A DNA stretch of 64,000 bases from Emiliania huxleyi CCMP1516 (taxonomy: Eukaryota). The notes under the pieces are model-generated. The model was not told where the DNA came from. It was given only the letters and a program-made list of their open reading frames with translations, and did no database searches. The DNA lies in contig NW_005201412.1 in assembly GCF_000372725.1 (NCBI RefSeq), positions 124,001-188,000 of the forward strand, written 5' to 3'. Position numbers and translations under genes: made by a program. Shown here one piece after another: positions 1 through 10,933 of the stretch; the first letter of the stretch is position 1, and each line of letters begins with the position of its first letter.

Positions 1-1966
1 CGCGGAAGCGAGCCGAGCACGCGGAGCAGAGCGTCTTTGGCCCGTTCGGGCCGGGGCCCTTGCCGGAGCACTCGGTGGCGAGCACCTCACACCAGCCGCA
101 CCGCCACGTGCCCCCGTCGCAGAAGCGCTTGTGCCCGCCGAGCGCGCCGATGGTCTCGAACTGCCGCGAGCAGAGGTCGCACACAAACTTGCCCGCCTGG
201 TTCACCTCGGGCGGGCCGGTGTGCCCGTTCTTGTGCCGGCTGCTGCACGCCGAGCAGAGCGTCTTGGGCCCGTCCGGCCCCGGCCCCTTGCCCGAGCACT
301 CCGAGTGCTTGCACGCGCACCAGCCGCACCGCCACGTGCCCGCGTCGCAGAAGCGCTTGTGCCCGCCGAGCGCGCCGATCGAGTCAAACTGGCGCTGGCA
401 GGCCTCGCAGACAAACTTGCCGCTCTCGCTGATCTCGGGCGGCCCCGTGCTGCCGTTCTTGTAGCGGCTGCTGCACGCCGAGCAGAGCGTCTTGGGCCCG
501 TCCGGCCCCGGCCCCTTGCCCGAGCACTCCGAGTGCTTGCACGCGCACCAGCCGCACCGCCACGTGCCCGCGTCGCAGAAGCGCTTGTGCCCGCCGAGCG
601 CGCCGATGGTGGAGAAGGCGCGCTTGCAGTCGCCGCAGAGGAACTGGCCATCCTCCGTTTTCTCCGGCATGCTGGTGTGGCCGGCGCGGAAGCGCGAGCC
701 GCACGCGTTGCAGAGCGTCTTTGCGCCCGACGGGCCCATCGCCCTTGACGGCGTGTCGCTCTCTTTGCACTCGCACCACTCGCACCGCCAAGTGCCGCCC
801 GAGCAGAAGCGCGTGTGGCCGGAGAGGGCCTATGCGGGGGTAGGGGCGGGTGAGTGAGGCGAGGCGGCGCGCGGAGGCGGCCGCGCGGAGAGGCGCGCCG
901 CGCGCGAGTCGAACCGCTTGCCGCACTGCGGGCACGGGTAGACGGGCGTCACGCCGTCCTCGGCCATGACTGGCGCGACGGGCTCCTTCTTGGCCCGCTT
1001 GCGCGGCTCGCCGTCGGTGCGGCGCTGCCGCGGCTTCTTGGCGGGCGCGGCAGCGCCAACGACGGCGGAGCCCGCGCCCGCGCCTGCGAGGGCGCCGCCC
1101 CCACCAGCGGCGGCAGAGGCGGCGCAGCAGGCGTTGACGGCGTGACGGCCGTCCACCGCCGCCGGCGCGAGGAGGGCGTGATGCATCGCCCTCCCCGGCG
1201 GGAGGACGGTGCCCGCCATCTGCTGCACGACCGCCTGCACCTGCTGGTGCGCGGCAGGGCCCAAGCTCGGCGGCTGCGCCGCCTGCATCTGCTGCGCCAC
1301 CGCCCGCGCCGACACATCGGACGTGCGCTGCTGCTGCTGCTGCCGCTGCTGCTGCGCCAGCTGCTGCTGCGCCAGCTGCGTCATCTGCGGCGTCATCTGC
1401 GGTGACGGCAGGTGCGGCTGCGTGTTGGGCGCGCACGCCGACCGCGAGCCGTGCGCGAGCGGCGGGTAGGAGCCCGGCTGCTGGTAGTTTTGCACAGTCG
1501 CGTAGACCAGCGCCGGCCGTGCCGCCATGTGCAGCTGAGGCGGCGTCGCCATGTGCTGGTGCGCGAGCTGCGCGTAGTGCATGCCGTGCTGCGGCTGGCC
1601 GAGCGCCGGCTGCGACGAGAAGTCCATCGGCTGCAGGCCGCTCGTGAAGCAGGCTCCATGAGCGGAGGAGCAGCCGCCCGCCGCCGCGCAGAGCGCAGGA
1701 GGCTGGGCTGCCAGGGCCGTTCCGCCGGCCGGCGCGTGGGCGAAGTGGTGCTGCGGGTGCTGCTGCTGCGCCAGCTGCATCCGAGCCTCCGGGCTCAGGC
1801 CCTGCATCTGTGGCTGGGGGGGGAAACCGGCCTGCGCAGCGTGCATCATCATCGCCGGCGCCGGGCCGTGCTGGCCGGGGTGAGGCTGGAAGGCGTGGGA
1901 GCCGTAGAGCGCCGCCGCGCCGACCGACTCCTGCGCCTGCGCCTGATGCGGCTGCGCCGCGCTCAT
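1..1966 (-). CDS. Q/A-rich transcription factor-like protein with alternating C2HC and GATA-type zinc fingers (3'-partial, runs off the window start)
   Basis: Exon 1 1966-899 (ORF 830..1966). GC-AG intron 898-830 joins YPCPQCGKRFDSRA to ALSGHTRFC. Exon 2 has 76-aa repeats: CxxC-x12-H-x3-C then CxxC-x20-CxxC with GPxGPKTLC(N/S)AC. Confidence 0.85.
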
Positions 1967-2394
1967 GCTGTAAGGGAGCGCTCAACCCACAAAGTAGATG
2001 TTGTTCTGCCAGGTTGTGTTTGGCGTCGGCTTGCTCTCGCGCGTGAAGGTGGGAATGAAGAAAACCGTCCTATCCGCGCTCCCCCGCCGTTCTCGTCCTT
2101 CTGCTAGCGGCGCATCCCGTCTTCTTGTCCGTCTCAGCAGCGCTCTCTGTGGTTAGAGAGAGTGACAGATTGAGAGGGTCGTACTGCAGCCAAAGTTCGC
2201 TGTTAGATAGATCACAAGATCAACACACGGTTTGCTTCAATCAAGCTTCATGCCACCTCGCGTTCTTTCCACTCTCGAGTCTCGTCGTTCTCTCTCCTGC
2301 TGTTTCATCCTCTGACTCATCGCCCCCTCGACCTCGTTCTGAGACGCCGCCGCCGCTGGTTTTCTTGAACTGAGCACTTGATATCCTAATGTGC

Positions 2395-2622
2395 ACTTGG
2401 AGCACTTGGAGTGCAGTCGGTAACCTCACATCCAGGGCCGGGGAGCTGAGAAGCGCACCCAGCGGGCCGGATGATCGGTATCGGGTTACGGGCAAGAGAG
2501 CCCTAGCCCTGGGGGGTGCGCGTTCGCAGGGAAAGGGCCATAAAGTAAACACAGGTCTCCGAGGGTTGGTTCTGCGCTTTGGGTGTCCCCTAGCGGCGGA
2601 ACGCCCCCTCTACTCGGAGCTA
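2395..2622 (+). repeat. Interspersed repeat ending in a hairpin plus CTAG (possible Helitron 3' end)
   Basis: Similar to 5091-5285. CTCCGAG...CTCGGAG inverted pair directly followed by CTAG|T at 2619-2623. Confidence 0.45.
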
Positions 2623-3235
2623 GTAAACACCAGACACGAGCATGACGTACGCTCTCACCCGACATCGCCACTCAGGGCTCCTCCGGCCGATCCCCCCACC
2701 CCCCATCCGAGGGGGCTCCCCTCTCCTCCCGGTCCTCCCTCCGCCTGTTCGCTTTCCGATGGTCCGGCGTCGGCTGCGGAGCCCGCCTTCCCCTCTTATA
2801 CTTCTTCGACCGCGGCCTCGCCGCCGTCTCGCCTTCTCTGTCTGATCTTGTTGACTCCGCGGGTGGCGATCCCGTGCCCGACTCCCCGGGCGAGGGTGGC
2901 GGCGTTGGGTTATATCGCCTCCCCTCCCCGGGGCGCGGGAGGTGGTTAATTCTTCTTTACAGTCTCGTGCCCAGTGTAAAGAAAGAAAGAAACAAAACAG
3001 ACAACCCAAGGGAGGGAGCGGCCGTGCCCAGTTTCGTGCCAGGCAGGTAATAAATAAATAAATACAACGGACACGCCAAACGAGGGGTGGGAGAAGGACA
3101 GGGTCCCCACCTGCACAAGCAGGATCTTGTAGGACGATCGGGGACACAGGGGAACGGGAGCGGGGAGCGCATCGCGACACGGAGGGGGGCTGGGCAGGGG
3201 GTTCACCCTCACGACAGGAATCCCATCTCTCGTAT

Positions 3236-3555
3236 AGGACAGGTTGCACCCGGCGGCACGGGGGCAAGCGCGGGCCTCCTACTGGTTGCGCTCTCCTAGT
3301 TCTCCTGCTCCTGACAAGGGACAGCGACAGGCTCGCAGCACGGTGGACTCCCTATCCACTGGCGATCTCTCTCGACTAGCGACCTTCCTCCGACGTCTCA
3401 CCGGCAGTCTCTTCTACCACAGGCAGACTGACACGTGGGTGGCAGTGGCGGTGATAGGAGTCTCCCACTCTGTGGGCCTCGCTAGAAGTGCGACCCCTGC
3501 GCGTGTCCTCGCCCTTGAGGAAGGGGAAGGGGCTGTGTGTCTGTGCATGTGTACA

Positions 3556-3636
<81 letters not shown>

Positions 3637-3670
3637 CGCTCGCTCGCTCGCTCGCTCGCTCGCTCGCTCG
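3236..3670 (+). repeat. Interspersed repeat ending in (TG)n, then (GCTC)n
   Basis: Aligns by eye with 19429-19900 (tctcctgctcctgacaagggaca...gaaggggctgtgtgtctgtg), both ending in long (TG)n. Confidence 0.75.
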
Positions 3671-4115
3671 CGTGCGTGCTCGCATGCGCGCGCGCGTGCG
3701 CGGTCGCGCGCGCGCTGCGCGAGCCGCCCTGCCCGCTGCGCTGCTAGGGTTGCGCTGCGGGAAGGGCTCGGCGGCCGTTCCTAGAAATCCTCGTCGCTCC
3801 CCTCGTAGAGGGAGGGCTCGTTGGACTCGAGGAGTGGGCCGCCGTCGGAGGAGGAGCGGGCGGCTCCGCGGGCGACGCTCGCCCAGTTCTTCTTGTTGCT
3901 CTTGACCTCGCCGCCGCCGCCGCCGCCGCCGCGGCCGCCGCGCCCGCGCCGCCCGCGGCTTGTGCCCAGCCTGACCGCGCTCGGCAGGTGGTTGTAACAT
4001 TCTTGTTTACAAAATTCTTCTTTACATCTCGGCCGGTTCTCGGGATCGAACGAATCCCGTGTCACACGTCGCCTCCCTCGAGCTGCTCGCACGCCGCGGC
4101 CCTAGCCAAACGACC

Positions 4116-4580
4116 ATGCCCTGTGGGCTTGCGTACCTGGTGCTCAGCCAAATTTCCGACCCACTGCTCTCGGCATCCGCACCGCCATCACAGCCGCCGC
4201 AGCCGCCCGTGGTGACTCCGCAGAGCGCGCCTGTGGTGACTCCGCAAATGGCGCCGCCATCTTTGCCTCCATGCGTGGAGAGGCGTGGACGTGTGATGCG
4301 CTATTGCTCGCCGGCGTTCAGCCAAACTTCGTACCAGCCACAGACAATCGTCATCGGCATTTCCGGCCTCGTCTTTATCATCCTCGGCATGTCTATCTTT
4401 TCTGCGAGATGGCGCCGGAACCTGCCGAGCAGCAAATCCACCACGCCCGAGCAGACGACGCCTGACGTGTTGACGGTCGACATTGATGACGTCTCGGCTG
4501 ACCGCAATGGATTGTGGGTTGTGCACACGGAGGCGGGTGACGTCTGTGTCGTGTATAGTCCGACGGGCCTTGCCGCGTAG
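4116..4580 (+). CDS. Hypothetical small single-pass membrane protein
   Basis: ATG-started ORF with Pro-rich region, hydrophobic IVIGISGLVFIILGMSIFS and basic RWRR after it; no family recognised. Confidence 0.4.
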   Translation: MPCGLAYLVLSQISDPLLSASAPPSQPPQPPVVTPQSAPVVTPQMAPPSLPPCVERRGRVMRYCSPAFSQTSYQPQTIVIGISGLVFIILGMSIFSARWRRNLPSSKSTTPEQTTPDVLTVDIDDVSADRNGLWVVHTEAGDVCVVYSPTGLAA

Positions 4581-4681
4581 CCGTGTAGTTAGTCACGCGT
4601 GTCAGCGCGTAGCGCTCGGTCTTGGTGGAACGGCACGCTCTCCGTACTCCGTGCGTCCCCTTTACATAGAGAGGACCACTT

Positions 4682-5012
4682 TCATCGCCGGCGCCGGGCC
4701 GTGCTGGCCGGGGTGAGGCTGGAAGGCGTGGGAGCCGTAGAGCGCCGCCGCGCCGACCGACTCCTGCGCCTGCGCCTGATGCGGCTGCGCCGCGCTCATG
4801 CTGTAAGGGAGCGCTCAACCCACAAAGTAGATGTTGTTCTGCCAGGTTGTGTTTGGCGTCGGCTTGCTCTCGCGCGTGAAGGTGGGAATGAAGAAAACCG
4901 TCCTATCCGCGCTCCCCCGCCGTTCTCGTCCTTCTGCTAGCGGCGCATCCCGTCTTCTTGTCCGTCTCAGCAGCGCTCTCTGTGGTTAGAGAGAGTGACA
5001 GATTGAGAGGGT
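4682..5012 (-). repeat. Near-identical duplicate of 1847-2180 (upstream region, start codon and first ~39 codons of the zinc-finger gene)
   Basis: Direct sequence identity; the ORF track shows identical peptides from both copies. Confidence 0.9.
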
Positions 5013-5564
5013 CGGTTCATTCACTACAGCCGATGTAGTTAGATCAACAACTATTCTTCGTCATGCGGGGCACTTGGAGCACTTGGAGTGCGGTCGTTAA
5101 CCTCACATCCAGGGCCGGGGAGCTAAGAAGCGCACCCACACCGGGCCGGATGCTCGGCATCGGGCTGCGCGGGCTGAGAGCCCTGGGGGTGCGCGGTCGC
5201 AGGGCCATAACACGGGTCTCCGAGGGTTGGTACCGTGTACCGGGTTTCCCCTTAACTGCAGAACGTCCCCTCTACTCGGAGCTTGAGCACTTGAGCACCG
5301 GATAGGGCCGATTCCGCATGGTACGGGACCCCTCGATCGTCTCGCCCACCCTCACTGGTGTGTTCATCGGGGGGGGTCATAACAAACACGGTCACTCGGA
5401 GCTAGGTAGGTCTCCGAGGGTTAGCTCCGCGCTTTGGGTTTCCCCTAGCGACATAAATGAATTGATAAAACCGACATCCCAAGCTAGCTAGGGCTGGGGC
5501 GAGGACAGTCACGTCCCCACCTACCTTTGCAGGATTTTCAGTGTACGTACTTTTAGCTTACTTA

Positions 5565-6036
5565 CCGTCGGGTCTCTATTTTAAGATGAGGTAAACAGCA
5601 ATAGATCCGGCCCTCAAGCGGCCTAATCGATACCCAGCCCTCACGGAATTGGTCCCTCGTTGTACAGCAATCGATCCTTCACAGTGCCCGTCCTGCCAAC
5701 TTGCCGAGAATCGGTCCCCCAGGTCACCTGTGGCGCGAAGCTGATGTCTCCCGCCCTCTGCGCGCCCAACGCGCAGCGGCGGCAGACCACCCTCCGGTTC
5801 GAGGGGCGCCTGGGGCTGAGCGGGCTGCCTCCGCCAGAGTTTGGCTCGCCCACCGGCGGGCTGTCACCCTGCCACGGGTCGCAAGCCCTCTGCCGGCCGG
5901 AGCGCAGGCTGCGCGGGCTTCCAGCAATTGGTCCCTTGGCAAGCGCGAATCGGTCCCCCTGGCTCCAGGAATTGATCCGGCACTACACCCGGATCTATTG
6001 CTGTTTAAACCTCATCTTAAAATAGAGACCCGACGG
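5565..6036. mobile_element. MITE of Tc1/mariner (pogo-like) type
   Basis: ~46-bp TIRs (ccgtcgggtctctattttaagatgaggt...gatccgg at 5565-5610; inverse at 5989-6036) and TA on both flanks (5563-64, 6037-38); no transposase motif seen inside. Confidence 0.85.
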
Positions 6037-6334
6037 TACTGGCTGGGAGAAAATGGAGAGGGGGTTGTGTATGTATTGTTAGACCTAAAGGTCGGCGCTT
6101 CGACCAACTAGGCCGTCATGGGCGCCGTCATGGGCGCTTCGACCAACCAACGGCGCCGTCATGGGCGCGCGCGGGGTAGCGGGGCGGCGGGGACACGGGT
6201 GACTTCTTCCTGAACGGGTTGCCACACCTCGACTCACGGCCGACCGGCGTCAGCTAGGGCTCCGTCTCGACCGACCCGGCGTCAGCTAGGGCCGACCGAC
6301 CCGGCGTAAGCTAGGAAAGCGCTAGGAAAGCGCA

Positions 6335-7021
6335 ATGGTCGGAGTGGGATACGGCAAGGGCGCCACACTCCCGGACGAGGAGGTGCGGTGGCTCACGCCC
6401 GAGCAGGTCGACGGCCTGCGGGCGGGGGAGGGCGTCCGGCTCCTCGACGCGCGCGACGCCCCGGAGTTTCAGAAGGCCTCGTTGCCGGGCGCGGAGTCTC
6501 TGCCGCAGTCGACGCTCATGTTCAGCCGCGGCAAGGTCCAGGCGCTCGTCGACGAGTTGGTTGGCTCGCAGGCAGGCGAGCTCTGCTTCTTTGCAAACAC
6601 TGCCGGGCCCAACGCAGGCATAACGGCGGGCCGCGAGGTGTATGTGATGGCCTTCCTGCTCGAGCTGGGCCTGCCCTTGACTCGGATGGCGCGGCTCCGA
6701 GGCGGGCTCAACGGGTGGGTCGAGTCGGGCAGGCCGGCGCCACCGGCTGGTCGGGAGGTGGCGCCGCAGCTGCCGGCTGTCAGCGGAGGACTGCGCGGGC
6801 TCTGCGAAGGCGCGGGCCTCGGGCACCTCGCGGCGGCGCTGCCTCCCTCGCTCACCCTCGAGGCGGCCGCAGCCGCGGCGACCTCCTCGAGGCAGAGCTT
6901 CCTCGCCTCGCTGCGGGACGAGCACGGTGTGAGCAGGCTGGCAGACAGGCAGGCGCTGTGCAACGCGCTCAGCAAGGCCGTGAGGGAGGGGCGGGTGCCG
7001 GGCCGCGCCGAGGAGGGATAG
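6335..7021 (+). CDS. Rhodanese-like domain protein with a C-terminal SAM-like helical region
   Basis: LLDARDAPEF...LPGA and LRGGLNGW are rhodanese signatures; no Cys at the usual active-loop position. Confidence 0.75.
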   Translation: MVGVGYGKGATLPDEEVRWLTPEQVDGLRAGEGVRLLDARDAPEFQKASLPGAESLPQSTLMFSRGKVQALVDELVGSQAGELCFFANTAGPNAGITAGREVYVMAFLLELGLPLTRMARLRGGLNGWVESGRPAPPAGREVAPQLPAVSGGLRGLCEGAGLGHLAAALPPSLTLEAAAAAATSSRQSFLASLRDEHGVSRLADRQALCNALSKAVREGRVPGRAEEG

Positions 7022-7198
7022 CCGGTGTGCGGTGATGAATATGTCTCTTGTCCGGCGGCCCCTCCCGCGGCCCTCGAGGAAATATATTCTTCGGATGGAA
7101 TGTAGATGCACTAGAGCAATCGTTAGGCAAACCCTCCCAGAGGAAAACGTGGTGTGCTTAGGCGCGCTCACAACAATCATATCGTGAATCTCGGAATG

Positions 7199-7720
7199 CT
7201 AGCCTGACGGGCGGCTGATGCCATCTGGGTCAGCCACAGCCTGTCTTGGGCGCCGCGCCGCGCGTGGCAGCAACACGCGCGCATCGCCCGAGATTACGAG
7301 CTCGCCGTGCTGGTTGGCGGCGGTCGTCTCAAAGTCGAGCAGCCGTCCGCCGCCCCCCGAGCGGCGCAACGTCAGCGTTGCCGTCACCGCGTCGCCGAGA
7401 AAGACGGGCCGTCTGAATGAGAGGCTCTGCGAGATATAGACGCTGCCCGGATAGCGGACGCCGACGATGGCGCCAAACATGGACGCGTAGAGCATCCCAT
7501 GCACCACGCGCGCGCCGTACCGCTCCGAAGAGGCGAACGACACATCCGCGTGTAGCGGGTTGTCGTCGCCTGTCAGCCGCGCAAACGCGGTGACGTCTTC
7601 AGCGGTGAATACTCTGGTCTCGCTCAGGACAGCCGGCTCGTCGCTCGTGATCGTGGTGCTACACCGGCGGCCAGCACTCGGGCATCGCAGGCGGAGCCGT
7701 CGGCCTGCGGCCGCAAGCAT
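7199..7720 (-). CDS. MaoC-like hot-dog dehydratase / (R)-enoyl-CoA hydratase, probably mitochondrial
   Basis: FARLTGDDNPLH, VVHGML, YPGSVYISQSLSFRRPV motifs; Arg-rich N-terminus MLAAAGRRLRLR. Confidence 0.9.
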   Translation of the reverse strand: MLAAAGRRLRLRCPSAGRRCSTTITSDEPAVLSETRVFTAEDVTAFARLTGDDNPLHADVSFASSERYGARVVHGMLYASMFGAIVGVRYPGSVYISQSLSFRRPVFLGDAVTATLTLRRSGGGGRLLDFETTAANQHGELVISGDARVLLPRAARRPRQAVADPDGISRPSG

Positions 7721-8075
7721 ACACACAACGTGGTGGGTGGAGAAGAAGAAGAAAACGGAAATGCACATCACTCCAGAGCGAGTTGGCATGAGGGTTGCAG
7801 CGAGAATCGNNNNNNNNNNNNNNNNNNNNNNNNNNNNNNNNNNNNNNNNNNNNNNNNNNNNNNNNNNNNNNNNNNNNNNNNNNNNNNNNNNNNNNNNNNN
7901 NNNNNNNNNAGGGTGGAAACCCATCCCTTCGGATGCAGCGGCATTGTGCGGGAAGGGGGCGAGGAGCTTCGGGTTGCCGGGCGGACCAGCGGGACGGTGA
8001 ACCAAACTACCCCTTAAAAGGTGAATGGCGCTTCTCCATGGGGCGGAACAACACCCCCTTCCTCAACTGCCCCAC

Positions 8076-8685
8076 ATGATGGTGGTGGAGGAGGAGGAGG
8101 AGGGGATCGACAACGAGGAGGAGGCACCGAGACGGTCGGCGAGCTCGTCGGCGAGCTCAGAGCTGCGGTGGAAGGTCCCTCCCGGCGGATCGCTGCTCCT
8201 CGAGTCCGTCTACAGCCGCGAGCCGTACCCGTCCGCGCCTACTCGCGCCTCGCTGGCGGAGCAGCTGCAGACGACTCCCCGGCGAGTGTCGACCTGGTTT
8301 CAAAGTGAGTCGCTGCGGGGCGAGGAGTCCCCACCTCTTGCCCCCACCCACTCCTCGCCCGCACCGCGCAGACAAGCGCTCGCGCGACGACCCGTGGGCA
8401 CTCAAGCGGCACCAGGAGCGCTTCGAGCGGAGCAAGGAGGAGGAGGTGGAGGAGGAGGAGGGGAGCGGCGGCGAAGAGGCCCCGCGCGTGATCCTCAAGC
8501 TGGCGGGTTTCGAGGCGTGGGAGGCGGAGCAGGCGGCAGCGCTTGCTCCACCCCTGCGGCCTATCAAAGGGATGGTTCAAGAGATCAATGGATTGATCAA
8601 TAGGCAGCGCGTGAGCCGTGGAGCAAGGAGGAAGACGAGAAGATCCTGGCGCTGGTGCGCACACACGGCCGCAGGTGGCGGCTGA
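8076..8685 (+). CDS. Homeodomain protein (3' end uncertain)
   Basis: LLESVYSREPYPSAPTRASLAEQLQTTPRRVSTWFQ|NKRSR after removing GT-AG intron 8305-8371. Confidence 0.85.
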
Positions 8686-9211
8686 CCGGCGCGGAGGAGG
8701 CTTCCGGCGTGGCAGTGAGCGCCGCGCCGGAAGCTGCGCCGCCGCCCCCCTCCCGCAAGCGCAAGCGCGTGCGCGCGAACCCAAAGATGGCCGCCGAGAC
8801 AAAGAACGAGCACCGAGAGAACACTTGCCCGCCACTGGACACGCGCTCGCGCGCGAGATTTTTTTGCTTTCTCTCTTCTTCTGCGTTGCCGTTGGCCGGC
8901 AGCGCAGGGGGCCAGTTCTCTTTTTTTGAAGGGTGACGGTGCATTCTTTCAATGACTAGAAGGCCTACCCCTTTTCCTCGCTTAAAGATATTGTGTTGTG
9001 CGGGGCCGCGGGGGCAGGCCGGAGGCCGCCGGCAGACGAGAGCCAGTCTAACGAGGCGGACTGTAGGCACAAGCGGCAAAGCAAGGGCATCCGAATCAGA
9101 AGACACGACAGGAGTGGCTTTGCGTCATGTCCGTCCTGTCATCGGCGAAGCTTGGGCAACGGCAATGTCGTGGGGATGGGCGGTGCTGCAACCGGCCTTG
9201 GAGCCCTCGTC

Positions 9212-9544
9212 TCATGTCGAGAGCTGATCGTCAGACACAGTGGAGGCTCCGCCGAGTTCAACGAGTTGGTCATCAATCAAGCGGCCCTTGATGCGCCCTG
9301 GCCCCCTCCATCTCATGTGCGCCATGCAAGCAGCGATCACTGCAACGCTCGCCAAAGCAATCCCAACAATCGGCAGCAGTGCCTGCGGCAAAGGTTCGCT
9401 TTCCAACGGGACGCCGTCGCCTGAGCCAGCCTCGCCAGAGCCTAGGTCGGCATCGCCGTGGAGATCAGACATGTGGCTCTCGGCGGCGGCGGCAGGGAGG
9501 CGGCGGTATGAAGTAGCGAAGGCAAGGCGAAGGACCAGCAACAA
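9212..9544 (-). CDS. Hypothetical small membrane protein
   Basis: 110-aa ORF with hydrophobic LLPIVGIALASVAVIAACM and a basic flank; weak support only. Confidence 0.3.
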   Translation of the reverse strand: MLLVLRLAFATSYRRLPAAAAESHMSDLHGDADLGSGEAGSGDGVPLESEPLPQALLPIVGIALASVAVIAACMAHMRWRGPGRIKGRLIDDQLVELGGASTVSDDQLST

Positions 9545-9691
9545 TCACGACGACTGGACACCGTGAATATCACGTCTTTTTTTTGTTTTGTTATTTACGC
9601 TTTTTTTTCAATTCTTTCGGCCTCGCGAGCGTGACCGCCGTGACCTCGCGGCCTTCGACAAAGTGACTACTCGCGAGCTTCTCTACCAGGT

Positions 9692-10933
9692 ATGGCGGAC
9701 ACTGATCTCCTCGAGCAGTCCGCAGGGGTCGTGCATGCGGCCCAGAGCGGCGACGAGGCGGCCGTGCGTGCGTGGGTCGCCGGCGGCGGCGACGTCAACG
9801 AGACGCTGGAAGTGTTTGGCGCCGAGTACCGTCTGCTGGCGTGTGCCGCGGAAGGCGGCCACGAAGACGTGGTTGACCTGTTGCTGCAGCTCGGCGCGGA
9901 GGTAAACTGGCAGTGCGGCGTCGGCGGCGCGTCAGCGCTGCTAGCCGCAGCCGAATACGGCCGCCCCGCCGTCGTGCTGCGCCTGCTGCGGGCGGGCGCA
10001 GACATGGCGATGCGAAATGATTCTGGACAGACGGCGCTGCAGCTGGCGAAACGAAGCGGCAATGCCGCGTGCGTCGACGCCTTTCGGAGGTACCTCGAGG
10101 AGATGAGGGACCAACGCCAGGCAGCGGGCGGGGCGGGCGACGCTTCCTCGGCCGATGCGGCTGCGCCGTCGCCGCAGGGAGGCGGAGAGGGCCGCGCGCT
10201 TCCTGGCGAGGCTGTGAAGGCGGCGCTTCGAGAAGGCAACGAGCCGGCACTGTTGGCGTGGCTCGGCGGCGGCGGGCGGGTCAACGCGACGTACGATGAC
10301 GACGCCACGCTGCTGATGAACGCCGCCTCGTTCGGCCGCGATCACGTAGTCGAGTTGCTGCTGGGGGCCGGCGCGGAGATCGACCTTCAGGACAACAACG
10401 GCTGGACCGCGCTGATGTACGCCGCCCTCGACGGCCAATCCACCGTCGCATATAATCTCTGGAGGCACGGAGCGGACATCGACCTGCAAGACAGTGAGGG
10501 CTTGACCGCGCTGATGCACGCCGCCCGCGCGGGCCATCCCGCTGTCGTATCCCAACTGTTGCGGGCGGGCGCAGACATGACAGCACGCGATGAGTTTGGC
10601 ACGACGGCGCTGGAGATGGCCAAGGAGAAGGGCCACGCCGAGTGCGTGCGCGCCCTCGAGGAGCATGCAGAGGCGGCGATGTCTGCACCCACCCGCCCAG
10701 TCTCGCCTGCGTTGGCGGTGGAGGAGGGCGGCGCGGTGCTTCCTCCCGAGGTTGTGTCGGCGGTTGCAGATGGCGAAGAGCCGGCGCTGTTGGAGTGGCT
10801 CGGCGGCGGCGGGCGGGTCAACGCGACGTACGAGGAGGGTGATGCGACCGGCCTCACGTTGCTGATGACAGCCGCCACCTACGGCGACGAGTGGCTTGGG
10901 GGGAGAGGTCTTGGGGGGAGAGGGAGGGGCTAG
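9692..10933 (+). CDS. Ankyrin repeat protein (appears 3'-truncated near 10890)
   Basis: Multiple ANK consensus repeats (GWTALMYAALDG, GLTALMHAARAGH) and a thrice-repeated W(L/V)xGGGxVNxT module. Confidence 0.9.
   Translation: MADTDLLEQSAGVVHAAQSGDEAAVRAWVAGGGDVNETLEVFGAEYRLLACAAEGGHEDVVDLLLQLGAEVNWQCGVGGASALLAAAEYGRPAVVLRLLRAGADMAMRNDSGQTALQLAKRSGNAACVDAFRRYLEEMRDQRQAAGGAGDASSADAAAPSPQGGGEGRALPGEAVKAALREGNEPALLAWLGGGGRVNATYDDDATLLMNAASFGRDHVVELLLGAGAEIDLQDNNGWTALMYAALDGQSTVAYNLWRHGADIDLQDSEGLTALMHAARAGHPAVVSQLLRAGADMTARDEFGTTALEMAKEKGHAECVRALEEHAEAAMSAPTRPVSPALAVEEGGAVLPPEVVSAVADGEEPALLEWLGGGGRVNATYEEGDATGLTLLMTAATYGDEWLGGRGLGGRGRG

Noticed and set aside
3482..4000. ORFs with (HT)n/(CV)n tracts, also near 19500-20150 and 12480-12790
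   Set aside because: Translations of microsatellites.
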